Position numbers and translations under genes: made by a program | The notes under the pieces: generated by a model | What the model saw: only the letters and a program-made list of their open reading frames with translations | Database searches by the model: none | Told to the model about the DNA's origin: nothing | NCBI GenBank assembly: GCA_963718665.1 | Contig: OY970359.1 | Location: 2,048,001 to 2,112,000 of the forward strand | Source: an uncultured Phycisphaerales bacterium | GTDB taxonomy: Bacteria > Planctomycetota > Phycisphaerae > Sedimentisphaerales > Anaerobacaceae | Direction of reading: 5' to 3' | DNA: 64,000 nt | Shown: piece after piece, positions 1-9,684 of the stretch | Layout of the letters: each line of letters opens with the position of its first letter | Numbering within the stretch: position 1 is the first letter of the stretch

Positions 1-59
1 TCGCCAACCCGAGTATTTTCGCTGAGGATACCGCCGTTCAAAAAGGAAAGGAGAACACT

Positions 60-692
60 ATGCCTGTTCAATTACAATGGTTTGGCCACGCCAGCTTCAA
101 AATCTCAAGCGGCAGCGATGTAATTTATATCGACCCCTGGAAACTCAAGGATGCCCCGCACGATGCGACCATCGTCCTCGTCAGCCACAGCCACTACGAC
201 CATTATTCCGCTGAAGATATCGCAAAGGTCTCCGGTATGGCTACGAAATTTGTTGCCGCAGGGGATGTTATACAAAAACAAGGCAAAGGCCAAACACTAA
301 AACCCGGCCAGTCAATCGACGTCAATGGCATCAAAATCACCGGCGTTCCCGCTTACAACATAGTCAAAGAATTCCACCCGAGGTCCAATAACTGGCTCGG
401 TTTCGTAATCGAAATCGCCGGTAAACGCATATATTACGCCGGCGATACAGACGCCACCGACGAAATGAAAGCCCTCAAAAATATCGACCTTGCCTTGCTG
501 CCGGTAGGAGGCAAATATACTATGAATGCCACCGAGGCCGCTGATGCGACAAAACAATTCAAACCCAGGCAGGCAATACCTTGTCACTGGGGCGATATCG
601 TAGGCAGTCAGGCCGACGCGGATAACTTCAAAAAACTGGCCGCCTGCAAAGTTACCGTCCTCAAACCCGGTGAATCAATCACAGTCGATTGA
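60..692 (+). CDS. MBL-fold metallo-hydrolase (Lactamase_B_3-like); may be 5'-truncated by the window edge
   Basis: WFGHASF, IDPW, SHSHYDH, YYAGDT, LLPVGG and HWG motifs. The frame stays open upstream to the window start (ANPSIFAEDTAVQKGKENT), so a signal peptide may lie upstream. Confidence 0.85.
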   Translation: MPVQLQWFGHASFKISSGSDVIYIDPWKLKDAPHDATIVLVSHSHYDHYSAEDIAKVSGMATKFVAAGDVIQKQGKGQTLKPGQSIDVNGIKITGVPAYNIVKEFHPRSNNWLGFVIEIAGKRIYYAGDTDATDEMKALKNIDLALLPVGGKYTMNATEAADATKQFKPRQAIPCHWGDIVGSQADADNFKKLAACKVTVLKPGESITVD

Positions 693-701
693 ATTGCAAT
701 A

Positions 702-727
702 GTCATTCCTGTATAAACAGGAATCTA
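702..727. repeat. GTCATTCC-N-GGAATC REP-like palindrome (degenerate copy)
   Basis: gtcattcctgtataaacaggaatct, resembling copies at 6288, 32429 and 33720. Confidence 0.6.
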
Positions 728-943
728 TGCGTATTTTATCTCCGTTTGCCTGGATGTGGTCGGGGCAACCCTGATTTTGCCGTTCTAAATGCCTTACTTT
801 GCCGATAACACGCCTTTTATGCTGTATAATTGCGATTACTGGATAACTCATAATGACTTTGATTAAAAGGCGAAAAACATATCCGGTTTGTCAAACGTAG
901 ATATTAATGAACGGGACGGCTGGGGGGAAACCAGCAATACCGT

Positions 944-1003
944 AAAAAGCCCGGGCTGCATAGCTTACCGAGCCTTCCTGCAACAGCGGCCCGGCTTCTT
1001 TTA
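944..1003. terminator. bidirectional intrinsic terminator-like hairpin
   Basis: aaaaagcccgggctgc...gcggcccggcttctttt, between convergent genes and just past the htpX stop. Confidence 0.55.
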
Positions 1004-1029
1004 TAAATCCCTTTAGCGTTTTGTTGTGA

Positions 1030-2250
1030 TTACGCCTTATTTACGTTATGCACCGTGTGGCACCGTGGGCATTCTACCGTCGTTCCGGCATAATTAGGCG
1101 GTATCTTCAGCGTCATTCCGCATGCGCATGTCAGGAAAATAAAACCGTTTACCTTTCGCATAATATCCCCAACCTGGCGAAGCTGCTTTTCCTTCTGTTC
1201 CTCCTTGGCCTCCTCGCTTGCTTCCCTAAGAGCGATATCTTCCTTCGTTAACGCCGACGCCGGCATAACGGTTCTGCTTTTCGTAACATTTACAAACGCG
1301 TCCGAATAGTCCTTCAATGACGCCCCCTGCGACATATTCCGCAAAATCCGTATCCTCTCCGATGTTGGCGGGTGCGTGCTCGTCATGTCCGACAAGTTCC
1401 ACTCGCCCATTTTCTTGAACGGGTTGACTATGAACATTGGCGCGGTTACCTTGTTGGCCGACGCCAGTTGCGGGGCGTGGTCGTTTGCGATTTTCTCTAA
1501 CGCGTTCGCAAGTCCTTCCGGGTATCGCGTCAGCCGAGCCGACCCTGCGTCAGCTAAATACTCCCGTCGTCTCGACAACGCGAAATACAATAACTGCGTT
1601 ACAATCGGAGCCAGAATCGCCGCAACAATCGCGATTATAAGCAGTATCACCATTGCTCCGCCGCCGCCTTTGCCCTCGCTGGATGAATATCTTCTCCTCG
1701 ACCCTCCGCCATACATCATCCCTCGCAAAAAAACCTGCGACAAAAGCGCAACCGACCCCAGCATAACGCCCGCCAGCGTTACGAATAAAATATCCCGATG
1801 CAGGATATGGCTCATTTCGTGCCCCACAACTCCCTGCAGTTCATCACGGTTGAGTTTCGCGAGTAACCCTGCTGTTACCGCAACAGATGCTGATTTGGGG
1901 TTGCGTCCTGTTGCAAAAGCGTTTGGCGCCGGGTCGTTGATTATATAAACCTTGGGCATAGGCAGTCCCGACGCAATCGCCATTTCTTCGACTACGTTAA
2001 ACAACTGCGGATTAACGTCGTGCGTAACAGGCACAGCGTTGCTTGCCGCGAGCATAATCTGGTCGCCCGACGAAAAGCTGATTAGCGTAAGTATCACCCA
2101 GATTCCCGTCGCTATCATCAGGCCGAGCATCCCGCCGTCAGGCCCATTGATTGCCATCCCGATAACCGCCCCAAGCCCGACTAAGCACACCGCCATCAGG
2201 GCCAGAAGAATTATCGAATTCCTCTTATTTATCCGTATCAGTTCCCACAT
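1030..2250 (-). CDS. htpX: M48 family Zn metalloprotease HtpX with C-terminal zinc ribbon
   Basis: PNAFATG, HEMSH, SRRREYLAD and THPP motifs; C-terminal CAC...CPRC; lies downstream of lemA. Confidence 0.9.
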   Translation of the reverse strand: MWELIRINKRNSIILLALMAVCLVGLGAVIGMAINGPDGGMLGLMIATGIWVILTLISFSSGDQIMLAASNAVPVTHDVNPQLFNVVEEMAIASGLPMPKVYIINDPAPNAFATGRNPKSASVAVTAGLLAKLNRDELQGVVGHEMSHILHRDILFVTLAGVMLGSVALLSQVFLRGMMYGGGSRRRYSSSEGKGGGGAMVILLIIAIVAAILAPIVTQLLYFALSRRREYLADAGSARLTRYPEGLANALEKIANDHAPQLASANKVTAPMFIVNPFKKMGEWNLSDMTSTHPPTSERIRILRNMSQGASLKDYSDAFVNVTKSRTVMPASALTKEDIALREASEEAKEEQKEKQLRQVGDIMRKVNGFIFLTCACGMTLKIPPNYAGTTVECPRCHTVHNVNKA

Positions 2251-2280
2251 AAATTCTTTTTCAGTGTTTAGCTCCCCAAT

Positions 2281-2310
2281 CTGTCCTGCCGAAGCTTTGG
2301 CGAAGGAGGA
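2281..2310. repeat. short palindromic element CTGTCCT(G)CCGAAGC-N-GCGAAGGA
   Basis: ctgtcctgccgaagctttggcgaaggagga; a related copy lies inside the radical SAM gene at about 24721-24757. Confidence 0.55.
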
Positions 2311-2331
2311 TTTATTGGGAGGTGTTTTCTA

Positions 2332-2907
2332 TTAGAAACTAACCTTCGGCACTTCGCGTTCTTCTGCCGCTGAAACCTCGAAGAAATCCCGCTTGGTAAA
2401 GCTGAATACGCCAGCCACGATATTCGACGGGAACATCTGTATCCTGTTGTTGAAGAACATCGTCTGGTCGTTATACGCCTGCCTGGCGAAGGCAATCTTG
2501 TTCTCCGTGCTCGAAAGCTCTTCCTGTAACGCCAGAAAGTTCTGGTTTGCCTTCAGGTCGGGATAATTTTCGACAACCAGCATAAATTTGCTAAGAGCGT
2601 CGCCCAGCGCACCTTCCGCCTTTGCCGACTCCGCGACCGTCTTTGCCCCCATCGCCTGTGCCCGTGCGTTTGTTACCGCTTCGAATGTTCCTCGCTCGTG
2701 TTGCATATAACCCTTCGCTGTTTCGACGAGGTTGGGAATCAGGTCGTGACGCCGCTTCAGCTGCACGTCAATCTGCGACCAGGCGTTGTCAACCTGGTTG
2801 CGAAGCCCCACAAAAACGTTGTAAGTTCCGATTACGTACAGTACCACCAGCAGCAGTCCCGCCGCAATCACCAGTAAAACAATCAGTGCAATCATTCCTA
2901 TACCCAT
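2332..2907 (-). CDS. lemA: LemA family protein
   Basis: NAWSQIDVQLKRRHDLIPNLV, YPDLKANQNF and ENKIAFARQAYND motifs; ATG at 2907 preceded by AAGGAG. Confidence 0.95.
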   Translation of the reverse strand: MGIGMIALIVLLVIAAGLLLVVLYVIGTYNVFVGLRNQVDNAWSQIDVQLKRRHDLIPNLVETAKGYMQHERGTFEAVTNARAQAMGAKTVAESAKAEGALGDALSKFMLVVENYPDLKANQNFLALQEELSSTENKIAFARQAYNDQTMFFNNRIQMFPSNIVAGVFSFTKRDFFEVSAAEEREVPKVSF

Positions 2908-3061
2908 TTTTTTCTCCTTCAATAATCGCTTTATCTTTTCCCTTCCACGGATTTGAGATTGCCGTAAACTTTAATACAGAGACAGATTATAAAGCAAAAC
3001 AGGGACTTGTCAACCGTGAGCAGCGCTATCTGACATATAGCTGCCGGTATCGATTTGTTGT

Positions 3062-5617
3062 TTATTCGTAGCCGTATCGTTTTATGAACCAGCTTTTGAC
3101 AAACTGCACCAAACATAAATAGGCCAGCGTTATGAGCGTCAGCGCTATGAAATATGATGGAGGCGGCTCAACAAAACCAAGGTATTTCCCAAGCGGAAGA
3201 AACGGCAGCACCAGGGCAATGGTAACAATGTAAATCGAAGTGAAAAGCATAAATTGACTGGGTTTGCTTTCAATAAAAGGCACCTTTCCCGTGCGAATGA
3301 CATGAATGACCAGCGTCTGGGTGCACATGGATTCCAAAAACCAGCCCGTCTGAAACAATGGCACCGACGCGTGAAAAATAAACCACAAAACACCGAAAGT
3401 AATAAAGTCAAAGATTGAGCTGACGGGACCGAGGACAATCATAAATTTTTTGATATAGCCCACGTTCCACGGCCGGGACTTAAGAAGGTATTCTTCGTCT
3501 ATGCTGTCTGAAGGGATGGCAATCTGGGACATGTCGTAAAGAAAATTATTGAGAAGAATTTGAATTGGCAGCATCGGCAGAAAAGGCAAAAACAAGCTCG
3601 CCCCCGTCATACTGAACATATTGCCGAAGTTGGAACTGGAGCCCATCTTGATGTATTTGATGATGTTGCCGAAGGTTTTTCGCCCTTCGATTACCCCGTC
3701 GATGAGAACCAGCAAACTTTTTTTCAGGAGGATGATATCAGCCGTTTCTTTGGCGATATCCACGGCGTTATCGACGGAAATGCCCACGTCAGCCGCCTTG
3801 AGCGCCGGCGCGTCGTTAATACCGTCGCCGAGATATCCCACGATATGTTTGTTTTTGTGCAGGGCGTGAATCACCCTTTCTTTTTGTAGCGGGGAAAGTC
3901 GGGCAAACACAGTAGTGGTTTTTACCATTTCTCCAAGCGCAGTGTCATCTGCTTTTTCTACCTGTTCGCCGGTCGCAAATCCCTTGATATTCAAACCCAC
4001 TTCGCTGCAAATCTTTTTCGTAACAAGCTCGTTATCGCCGGTGAGAACCTTGAACTCTATACCGAGGTTATTCAGAGTTTCGATGGTCTTTTTAACGGAT
4101 GATTTCGGCGGGTCCAAAAAAGCAATATAACCTTTCAGGATGAGGTTCTGTTCGTCGTCCTTGGTGTAAACATTTTTGGGCTGGTCAAAATTCTTGTATG
4201 CAACCGCAAGTACCCTGAAGCCCTCTGCGCTGAGGTCATTGTACTCGTTTTCCAGTTCGACAAGCACTAATTTGGCCTCGTCCAGATCCAGTATTTCGCC
4301 GTCGAGCTCGAATTTGGTGCACCTTCGGTATATTTCTTCCGGGGCGCCTTTGACGATAATCTGATGTTTACCGTCGGCCTCGACCACCACCGACATTACC
4401 TTGCGCGAAAAATCGAAAGGCACCTCATCGACCTTTTTGTATTGTTTGACTAAAATTTTCTCATAAGACAGTATCGCCCGATCGAGAATATTTTTGAGGC
4501 CCGTCTGGTAGAAACTGTTGATATATGCCATACGCAGGACGTCATCGTCCTCTTTTCGAACCACGTCGCAATGTTTTTCCACTACAATCTTGTCGAGGGT
4601 CAGTGTCCCTGTCTTATCAGTGCACAGCACGTCCATTGCGCCGAAGTTCTGGGTCGCGTTGAGTCGTTTTACTATTACGTCCTTTTTGGACATCGCAATC
4701 GCGCCCTTGGATAGGTTTAGCGCCACCAGCATCGGGAGCATTTCAGGCGTCAAACCTACGGCAACGGAAAGCGAAAACAAAAGCGACTGGATAATATCGC
4801 CCTTCAAATAGGCGTTAATGCCGAAAATCACCAGGACCAGCACGACCATAACTCTTATCATCAGCCAAGTAAAGCTGCGAATACCTTTATCGAAACTGCT
4901 CTCTACTGATATTGCCGCCAGCCGTTTGGACAACGCGCCGAACCTGGTCTCAAGCCCCGTTTTAGCGACCACTCCAATTGCTGTCCCGCTTATGACGCTT
5001 GAGCCCATAAACGCCATATTTGTTAAGTCGGAAGGAGAACTGCTCTTGGGAGTCAGCAGCTCGGCGATTTTTTCAACGGGAAACGATTCGCCCGTCAGAG
5101 ATGCCTGATTGATAAACAGGTCCTTGCAGGAAATAATCCGCAGGTCCGCAGGCACCATATCCCCCGCAAAAAGGTCTATGATATCGCCCGGAACAATCTC
5201 TCGTATCTTTACCTCCCTTGCCTTGCCGTTGCGAATCACCGTGGCCGTCGCCCTTACCATTTCGCTGAGCCGTTCCGCCTCTTTTCCCGCTTTATATTCC
5301 TGAATGAATGACAAAAATACGCTGATAACGGCCATCAGTATTACCAGCAGGGCGCTTATTTTCTCCCCGAAGAACATTGAAAAGCCCGCGATAATCAGAA
5401 GAACCACCACCAGCGGGTTTAAAAACTTGATGAAAATCTGAAAAATAACCGTCCGCTTTTTCTTCTTGGCCGGCTCGTTGTACCCGTATTCCTCGAGTCG
5501 TTTTATCGCCTCTTTTTCGGACAACCCTTTGAGGGATGTATCAAAAAACTGCAGAACGGATTCCTGCGTGCAGCTCACAAAATCAATATCTGACATTTTT
5601 TTATTGTTGCTTTGCAT
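3062..5617 (-). CDS. mgtA: magnesium-translocating P-type ATPase
   Basis: TGES, AVGLTPEMLP, DKTGTLT, GDGINDAPAL and SSNFGNMFS motifs typical of type IIIB ATPases. Confidence 0.95.
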   Translation of the reverse strand: MQSNNKKMSDIDFVSCTQESVLQFFDTSLKGLSEKEAIKRLEEYGYNEPAKKKKRTVIFQIFIKFLNPLVVVLLIIAGFSMFFGEKISALLVILMAVISVFLSFIQEYKAGKEAERLSEMVRATATVIRNGKAREVKIREIVPGDIIDLFAGDMVPADLRIISCKDLFINQASLTGESFPVEKIAELLTPKSSSPSDLTNMAFMGSSVISGTAIGVVAKTGLETRFGALSKRLAAISVESSFDKGIRSFTWLMIRVMVVLVLVIFGINAYLKGDIIQSLLFSLSVAVGLTPEMLPMLVALNLSKGAIAMSKKDVIVKRLNATQNFGAMDVLCTDKTGTLTLDKIVVEKHCDVVRKEDDDVLRMAYINSFYQTGLKNILDRAILSYEKILVKQYKKVDEVPFDFSRKVMSVVVEADGKHQIIVKGAPEEIYRRCTKFELDGEILDLDEAKLVLVELENEYNDLSAEGFRVLAVAYKNFDQPKNVYTKDDEQNLILKGYIAFLDPPKSSVKKTIETLNNLGIEFKVLTGDNELVTKKICSEVGLNIKGFATGEQVEKADDTALGEMVKTTTVFARLSPLQKERVIHALHKNKHIVGYLGDGINDAPALKAADVGISVDNAVDIAKETADIILLKKSLLVLIDGVIEGRKTFGNIIKYIKMGSSSNFGNMFSMTGASLFLPFLPMLPIQILLNNFLYDMSQIAIPSDSIDEEYLLKSRPWNVGYIKKFMIVLGPVSSIFDFITFGVLWFIFHASVPLFQTGWFLESMCTQTLVIHVIRTGKVPFIESKPSQFMLFTSIYIVTIALVLPFLPLGKYLGFVEPPPSYFIALTLITLAYLCLVQFVKSWFIKRYGYE

Positions 5618-5757
5618 TCAACCGGCTCTTTAAAACATTCATAAATTACTTCGCTCTCGCCGGACAATCTGAACCGTGACCACACAAGTGTTCCTCAAAA
5701 CACGGCTTTGTCCTGAGTTTTTTGTTTGCATCTTGCCCGCTCGGCAAGAATCACTGC

Positions 5758-5787
5758 ATTTTAAGACGAAAACCTGCGGCAGGGCAA
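5758..5787 (-). promoter_or_regulatory. putative sigma70 promoter for mgtA
   Basis: TTGCCC-N18-TAAAAT on the minus strand. Confidence 0.4.
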
Positions 5788-5847
5788 CCCTTTTTCTCCG
5801 GAATAAAAAAAATACTTTGCACCGGCGAAGCGTAGAGAAGCCGGGCG

Positions 5848-6237
5848 CTATTTTCCCCCAAACATATCCATCAGTATTTGTTTAATCTTATTCCCCTCAT
5901 CGAGCTTTGCCCTGGCAATGATACCGTTCAGCTCGCCCCTGTCGAACCATAACCCATCTCCTTTTGAGCACCTGTCTATCAGCAGCGTCGGCTTTTCGTG
6001 TCCAACGTCAATTTTTTCCATCTTCTTGTCGCATATCGGGCATCGCCTCGCCTTTTCCCTGCTGCTCGTATCTTTGGCAAATGAGTGGATAAGCTTCTTC
6101 GCCTTCCCCTTGTCGTCCAGAAGCATTTCAAGCTCGCCGGCGTCTAACCATACCCCTTTGCAGCCCGTGCAGTAGTCAATCTCCACCTTCGCCAGTTCCA
6201 GCGTTATCATCGCGTTTTTACATACCGGACAATTCAT
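5848..6237 (-). CDS. double zf-TFIIB-like zinc ribbon protein
   Basis: Two CPxC...ID(Y/R)C..C/G.G.W(L/F)D.GEL repeats. Confidence 0.85.
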   Translation of the reverse strand: MNCPVCKNAMITLELAKVEIDYCTGCKGVWLDAGELEMLLDDKGKAKKLIHSFAKDTSSREKARRCPICDKKMEKIDVGHEKPTLLIDRCSKGDGLWFDRGELNGIIARAKLDEGNKIKQILMDMFGGK

Positions 6238-6287
6238 AATTACACTCCCATCAATACAGCATTATTTATTAAACAGATTACCACCTT

Positions 6288-6313
6288 TGTCGTTTCTGCG
6301 AAAGCAGGAATCC
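6288..6313. repeat. GTCATTCC-N-GGAATC REP-like palindrome (degenerate copy)
   Basis: tgtcgtttctgcgaaagcaggaatcc. Confidence 0.6.
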
Positions 6314-6332
6314 GGAAATTAATCCCCTTAAC

Positions 6333-6361
6333 TTGACATATCAAGGGTATAAGCGTATGCT
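6333..6361 (+). promoter_or_regulatory. sigma70-type promoter
   Basis: TTGACA-N17-TATGCT upstream of the 6462 ORF. Confidence 0.55.
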
Positions 6362-6461
6362 CTCAACTGTAGTACCGGCTAATCGAACTGTTACAAGGTG
6401 AGTAAGAATACCCCCGGAAAAAGTGGCTATCCTTTTGGGTTGATATGGAGCGTTTGGCCGT

Positions 6462-9449
6462 ATGACTGTGAATTTTTCTGACCCGCCTGTGCGGCCAGAG
6501 AGAGTATCTTTGTTTCGTTTTGGCGTTTATGTCTCCTTTTTCCTCTCAGGTCTTACCTCTCTGCTTTTTGAGGTCATTTGGAGTCGTCAGTTTGTAACTG
6601 TCTTTGGCAACAGCTCTTACGCCATTAGTATCGTTCTCTGCGCTTATATGACGGGTATCGGCCTTGGCGGACTTCTCGGTGGTCGGCTCGCTGACCGTCT
6701 TACCCCGCGAATCTTTGCCTTTGCCGTTGTTCAGGCGGTTATCGCTTTTTGTGCCCTGGCAATTCCGTCTATGCTCGACTGGATGAGATTGCTCGTTCCC
6801 ACACTCTCCGTCTTGTCGCCTCATTCATTGTTGATTAGCGCCCTCGCCCGATTCGGCTTATCTTTCGCCATCCTCGTAGTGCCTTGTTTCCTTATGGGCA
6901 CAACCCTGCCTCTGCTCGTCCGGGCGGTTACAGATTCCGACAAAATTATCGGTTCTCGTATCGGCCTTTTGTATTGCGTCAATACCCTCGGCGCCGCGCT
7001 TGGCTGCCTGGCAGGGGGGTTCTGGCTCACAAGCACACTTGGTCTGCGTGAAACCAATTTTCTCGCCGTAATCATCAATTTTGTCATTGCTGTCCTGGCC
7101 CTGGCGCTTTCCATGTATAAAGCCCCCGTTCCGGCTGCCATCCCAATACATCAAACACAAAGGCCCCGGGATTATCACGAGCCGAGGGTATCCTCATCAC
7201 TACTTTTGGCCATCGGGTTTCTCAATGGTCTGGCAGCGCTCGCCTGCGAGGTCTTCTGGATTCGATATATGTCATTTATGGTTAATTCGACTTACGTCTT
7301 CCCCACTATCCTCTGCATTTATCTCCTCGGTGCGGGACTGGGCAGCTTGATATATGGCTTGTTGGCGGAGCGAATACGTCGCCCGGCGCAAATACTCGGC
7401 ATAGTAGAGTTGTTGATGGCGATATTTGTTCCTGCTGCCTTTATTACGAGCGCCTTTGTTTTTATTAACGGCTCTCCGCCGACGCCCGACCAGAAAGGCA
7501 TAGCGCTGCTCGCTGTCTTTGTTCCCACTGTACTGATGGGTTTTGCTTTCCCGCTTTTATGCACCGTTTATGGCAGAGGCCTGCAAACCCTCGGCAGCCG
7601 CACAGGCCTGCTCTTCGCGGTCAATACCATAGGGACCATCCTCGGTTCCCTTTTGCCGATGTTTCTCTTTATACCGTTCCTCGGCATACAATTGAGTTTG
7701 TTGCTCGTATCTGTGCTTTATGGCGCTATGGGTCTTGTTCTCTTGGTATTCACCTCTCTGAAGAATCGCCCCTCAATACTCACTGTTACGTTGCCGGCAG
7801 CGGGCGTATATGCCGTCGTTTTATTCCTGTTTTTTGCCGTCGTTCCCTCTGACCTCTGCAAGCAGGTATTCCTCGCCACCGATTTTGATTTGGCTAAGCA
7901 CACGGATATTCTCTTCTACCGCGAGGGCCGCACCGGCACAGCCGTCGTAACCCGGGACCGCATCAGTGATTGCAGAACAGTTTATATCAATGGCGTATCT
8001 GAAGTCCCTCTCCTCTACCCCCATCTGCTCTGCTTCAAAATGATTGGCGACCTCGCCCCAATGCTCCATCCCGCCCCCGATGATGTCCTGATGATATGTT
8101 TTGGCGGAGGTGTGGCCGCCGGCGCTACCTCGGTTTTGCCCGATGTCAAATCGCTCACTATTGTTGACCTCGAACAAAGCGTCGTCAAAGCTGCCTCGCT
8201 GCTGTCCCATGAAAATAATAATCTCCTCCAAAACCCAAAAGCGCACGTCGTCATTGACGACGGCCGCAATTACATAATGACCTCGCAGCGCAAATGGCCC
8301 GTCATTGTCTCCGATTCCACCCATCCCAAATCCGGCGACAGTTGGGTCCTCTACACTCAGGAATTTTACCGGCAGGTCCGCGACCACCTCACTGACGACG
8401 GCGTCTTCGTCGAGTGGGTCCCCATTCATGGCCTGTCTCTCGACGAGTTCAAAATCATCGCACGCACATTCCAGTCCGTCTTCCCTCACGCCAGCTTGTG
8501 GGTCATTCACGGCTTTGATGAGCAGGCAAAATTGGGCTCTTATGTTCTTTTTGCCGCGACACCACAATCTTTGAAAATAGACGTGGCCAAACTCCAGGCA
8601 CGCCTCAGCGCAGAACCCGTCCGCCGCGACCTTGAACCCTACGGCCTTCATACCCCCGCCGGCTTTCTTGACGCTTTCCTCTGTGCTGAAAATTCACTCC
8701 GGCGATGGACCGGCCCCGGCCCCGTCAATACCGATGACCTCCCTCTGACTCAGTATATGACGCGATATTCCACGGGCCCGATGTTCCGTAGCTCTGATTT
8801 CCTCGAACCAATGGAAGGTGTCTGGCCATTCCTTTTCAATACCGGCTCAGAAGAAGACGCAAAGCAGTTGCGAGATGCCATTGCGCTCCGCGTTAAAGTT
8901 AATCGCTTTGCTCTTACGGGGCGCCTCGATAAGGCCTACGCTGTTCTTCCCGACGATATTCGATACCGGCAAATGAAAAATATCTACGAAAAAGGGCCCC
9001 AATACATCAATACCCTCGTGGACCTCTTTAGTGATAATCCCAGAGTCCTCCAATTGCTCGCGCTTCTGCGTATCTCAGGCCCCGGTGGTCTCCAGGCCGC
9101 CGCCCCTATATATCAACGGATTTTGAAGCTCGACCCCAAAAACGTCAATGCCCTCAACTCGCTTGGCGCTATTTGTATAAACGCCAATCTCCTCCCGCAG
9201 GCGCAAAATTATCTCACCTTAGCCATCCAGCAGCAGCCTGATTACCTTATCGCTCACTACAACCTCGGCATTGCCCTTTACCGTCAGGGCCGCACGCAGG
9301 AAGCCCTCCGGCATATTCGTTTTTGTCTGAGCAAAGACCCCGGCAATCAGGCCGCCAAAAATATGTTGACCTACATCGAAAATCCCCCTAAATCCGCTCC
9401 CAAGGATAATAATTCCATCTCAACCGTCGTTTCCCAAAGCCAAAATTGA
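6462..9449 (+). CDS. fused multi-TM (MFS-like)/spermidine synthase-like SAM-binding protein with C-terminal TPRs
   Basis: About 13 TM segments, FGGGVAAG, VIDDGRN and LYTQEFY motifs, TPR-like C-terminus (AHYNLGIALY). Confidence 0.85.
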   Translation: MTVNFSDPPVRPERVSLFRFGVYVSFFLSGLTSLLFEVIWSRQFVTVFGNSSYAISIVLCAYMTGIGLGGLLGGRLADRLTPRIFAFAVVQAVIAFCALAIPSMLDWMRLLVPTLSVLSPHSLLISALARFGLSFAILVVPCFLMGTTLPLLVRAVTDSDKIIGSRIGLLYCVNTLGAALGCLAGGFWLTSTLGLRETNFLAVIINFVIAVLALALSMYKAPVPAAIPIHQTQRPRDYHEPRVSSSLLLAIGFLNGLAALACEVFWIRYMSFMVNSTYVFPTILCIYLLGAGLGSLIYGLLAERIRRPAQILGIVELLMAIFVPAAFITSAFVFINGSPPTPDQKGIALLAVFVPTVLMGFAFPLLCTVYGRGLQTLGSRTGLLFAVNTIGTILGSLLPMFLFIPFLGIQLSLLLVSVLYGAMGLVLLVFTSLKNRPSILTVTLPAAGVYAVVLFLFFAVVPSDLCKQVFLATDFDLAKHTDILFYREGRTGTAVVTRDRISDCRTVYINGVSEVPLLYPHLLCFKMIGDLAPMLHPAPDDVLMICFGGGVAAGATSVLPDVKSLTIVDLEQSVVKAASLLSHENNNLLQNPKAHVVIDDGRNYIMTSQRKWPVIVSDSTHPKSGDSWVLYTQEFYRQVRDHLTDDGVFVEWVPIHGLSLDEFKIIARTFQSVFPHASLWVIHGFDEQAKLGSYVLFAATPQSLKIDVAKLQARLSAEPVRRDLEPYGLHTPAGFLDAFLCAENSLRRWTGPGPVNTDDLPLTQYMTRYSTGPMFRSSDFLEPMEGVWPFLFNTGSEEDAKQLRDAIALRVKVNRFALTGRLDKAYAVLPDDIRYRQMKNIYEKGPQYINTLVDLFSDNPRVLQLLALLRISGPGGLQAAAPIYQRILKLDPKNVNALNSLGAICINANLLPQAQNYLTLAIQQQPDYLIAHYNLGIALYRQGRTQEALRHIRFCLSKDPGNQAAKNMLTYIENPPKSAPKDNNSISTVVSQSQN

Positions 9450-9469
9450 CGCTCTGTACAATCCGTTTT

Positions 9470-9575
9470 CAAATCGCCAATCAGCAATCGACAATTATTT
9501 AATCCGCATTTTCTTCCTGATAACCTGATTATCTGGTACCCTGATTACCTCTGTCATCCGTCTTCCGTCTTCCGG
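9470..9575. repeat. 7-mer and 8-mer tandem arrays
   Basis: aatcgcc-aatcagc-aatcgac; cctgataa-cctgatta-tctggtac-cctgatta; tccgtct repeats. Confidence 0.6.
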
Positions 9576-9684
9576 TCTAATTTCCCCTTGACGCTCTTCC
9601 CCCAAGCCGTTAGCGTATATCCCCGTTGTGATATAGGTAGGGCGGGGTAAACCCCGCCGATTTGATATCCTGTGGATTTGGAAT

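Noticed and set aside
944..1000. SRP RNA or self-cleaving ribozyme
   Set aside because: Lacks the SRP domain IV motif and hammerhead/twister core motifs.
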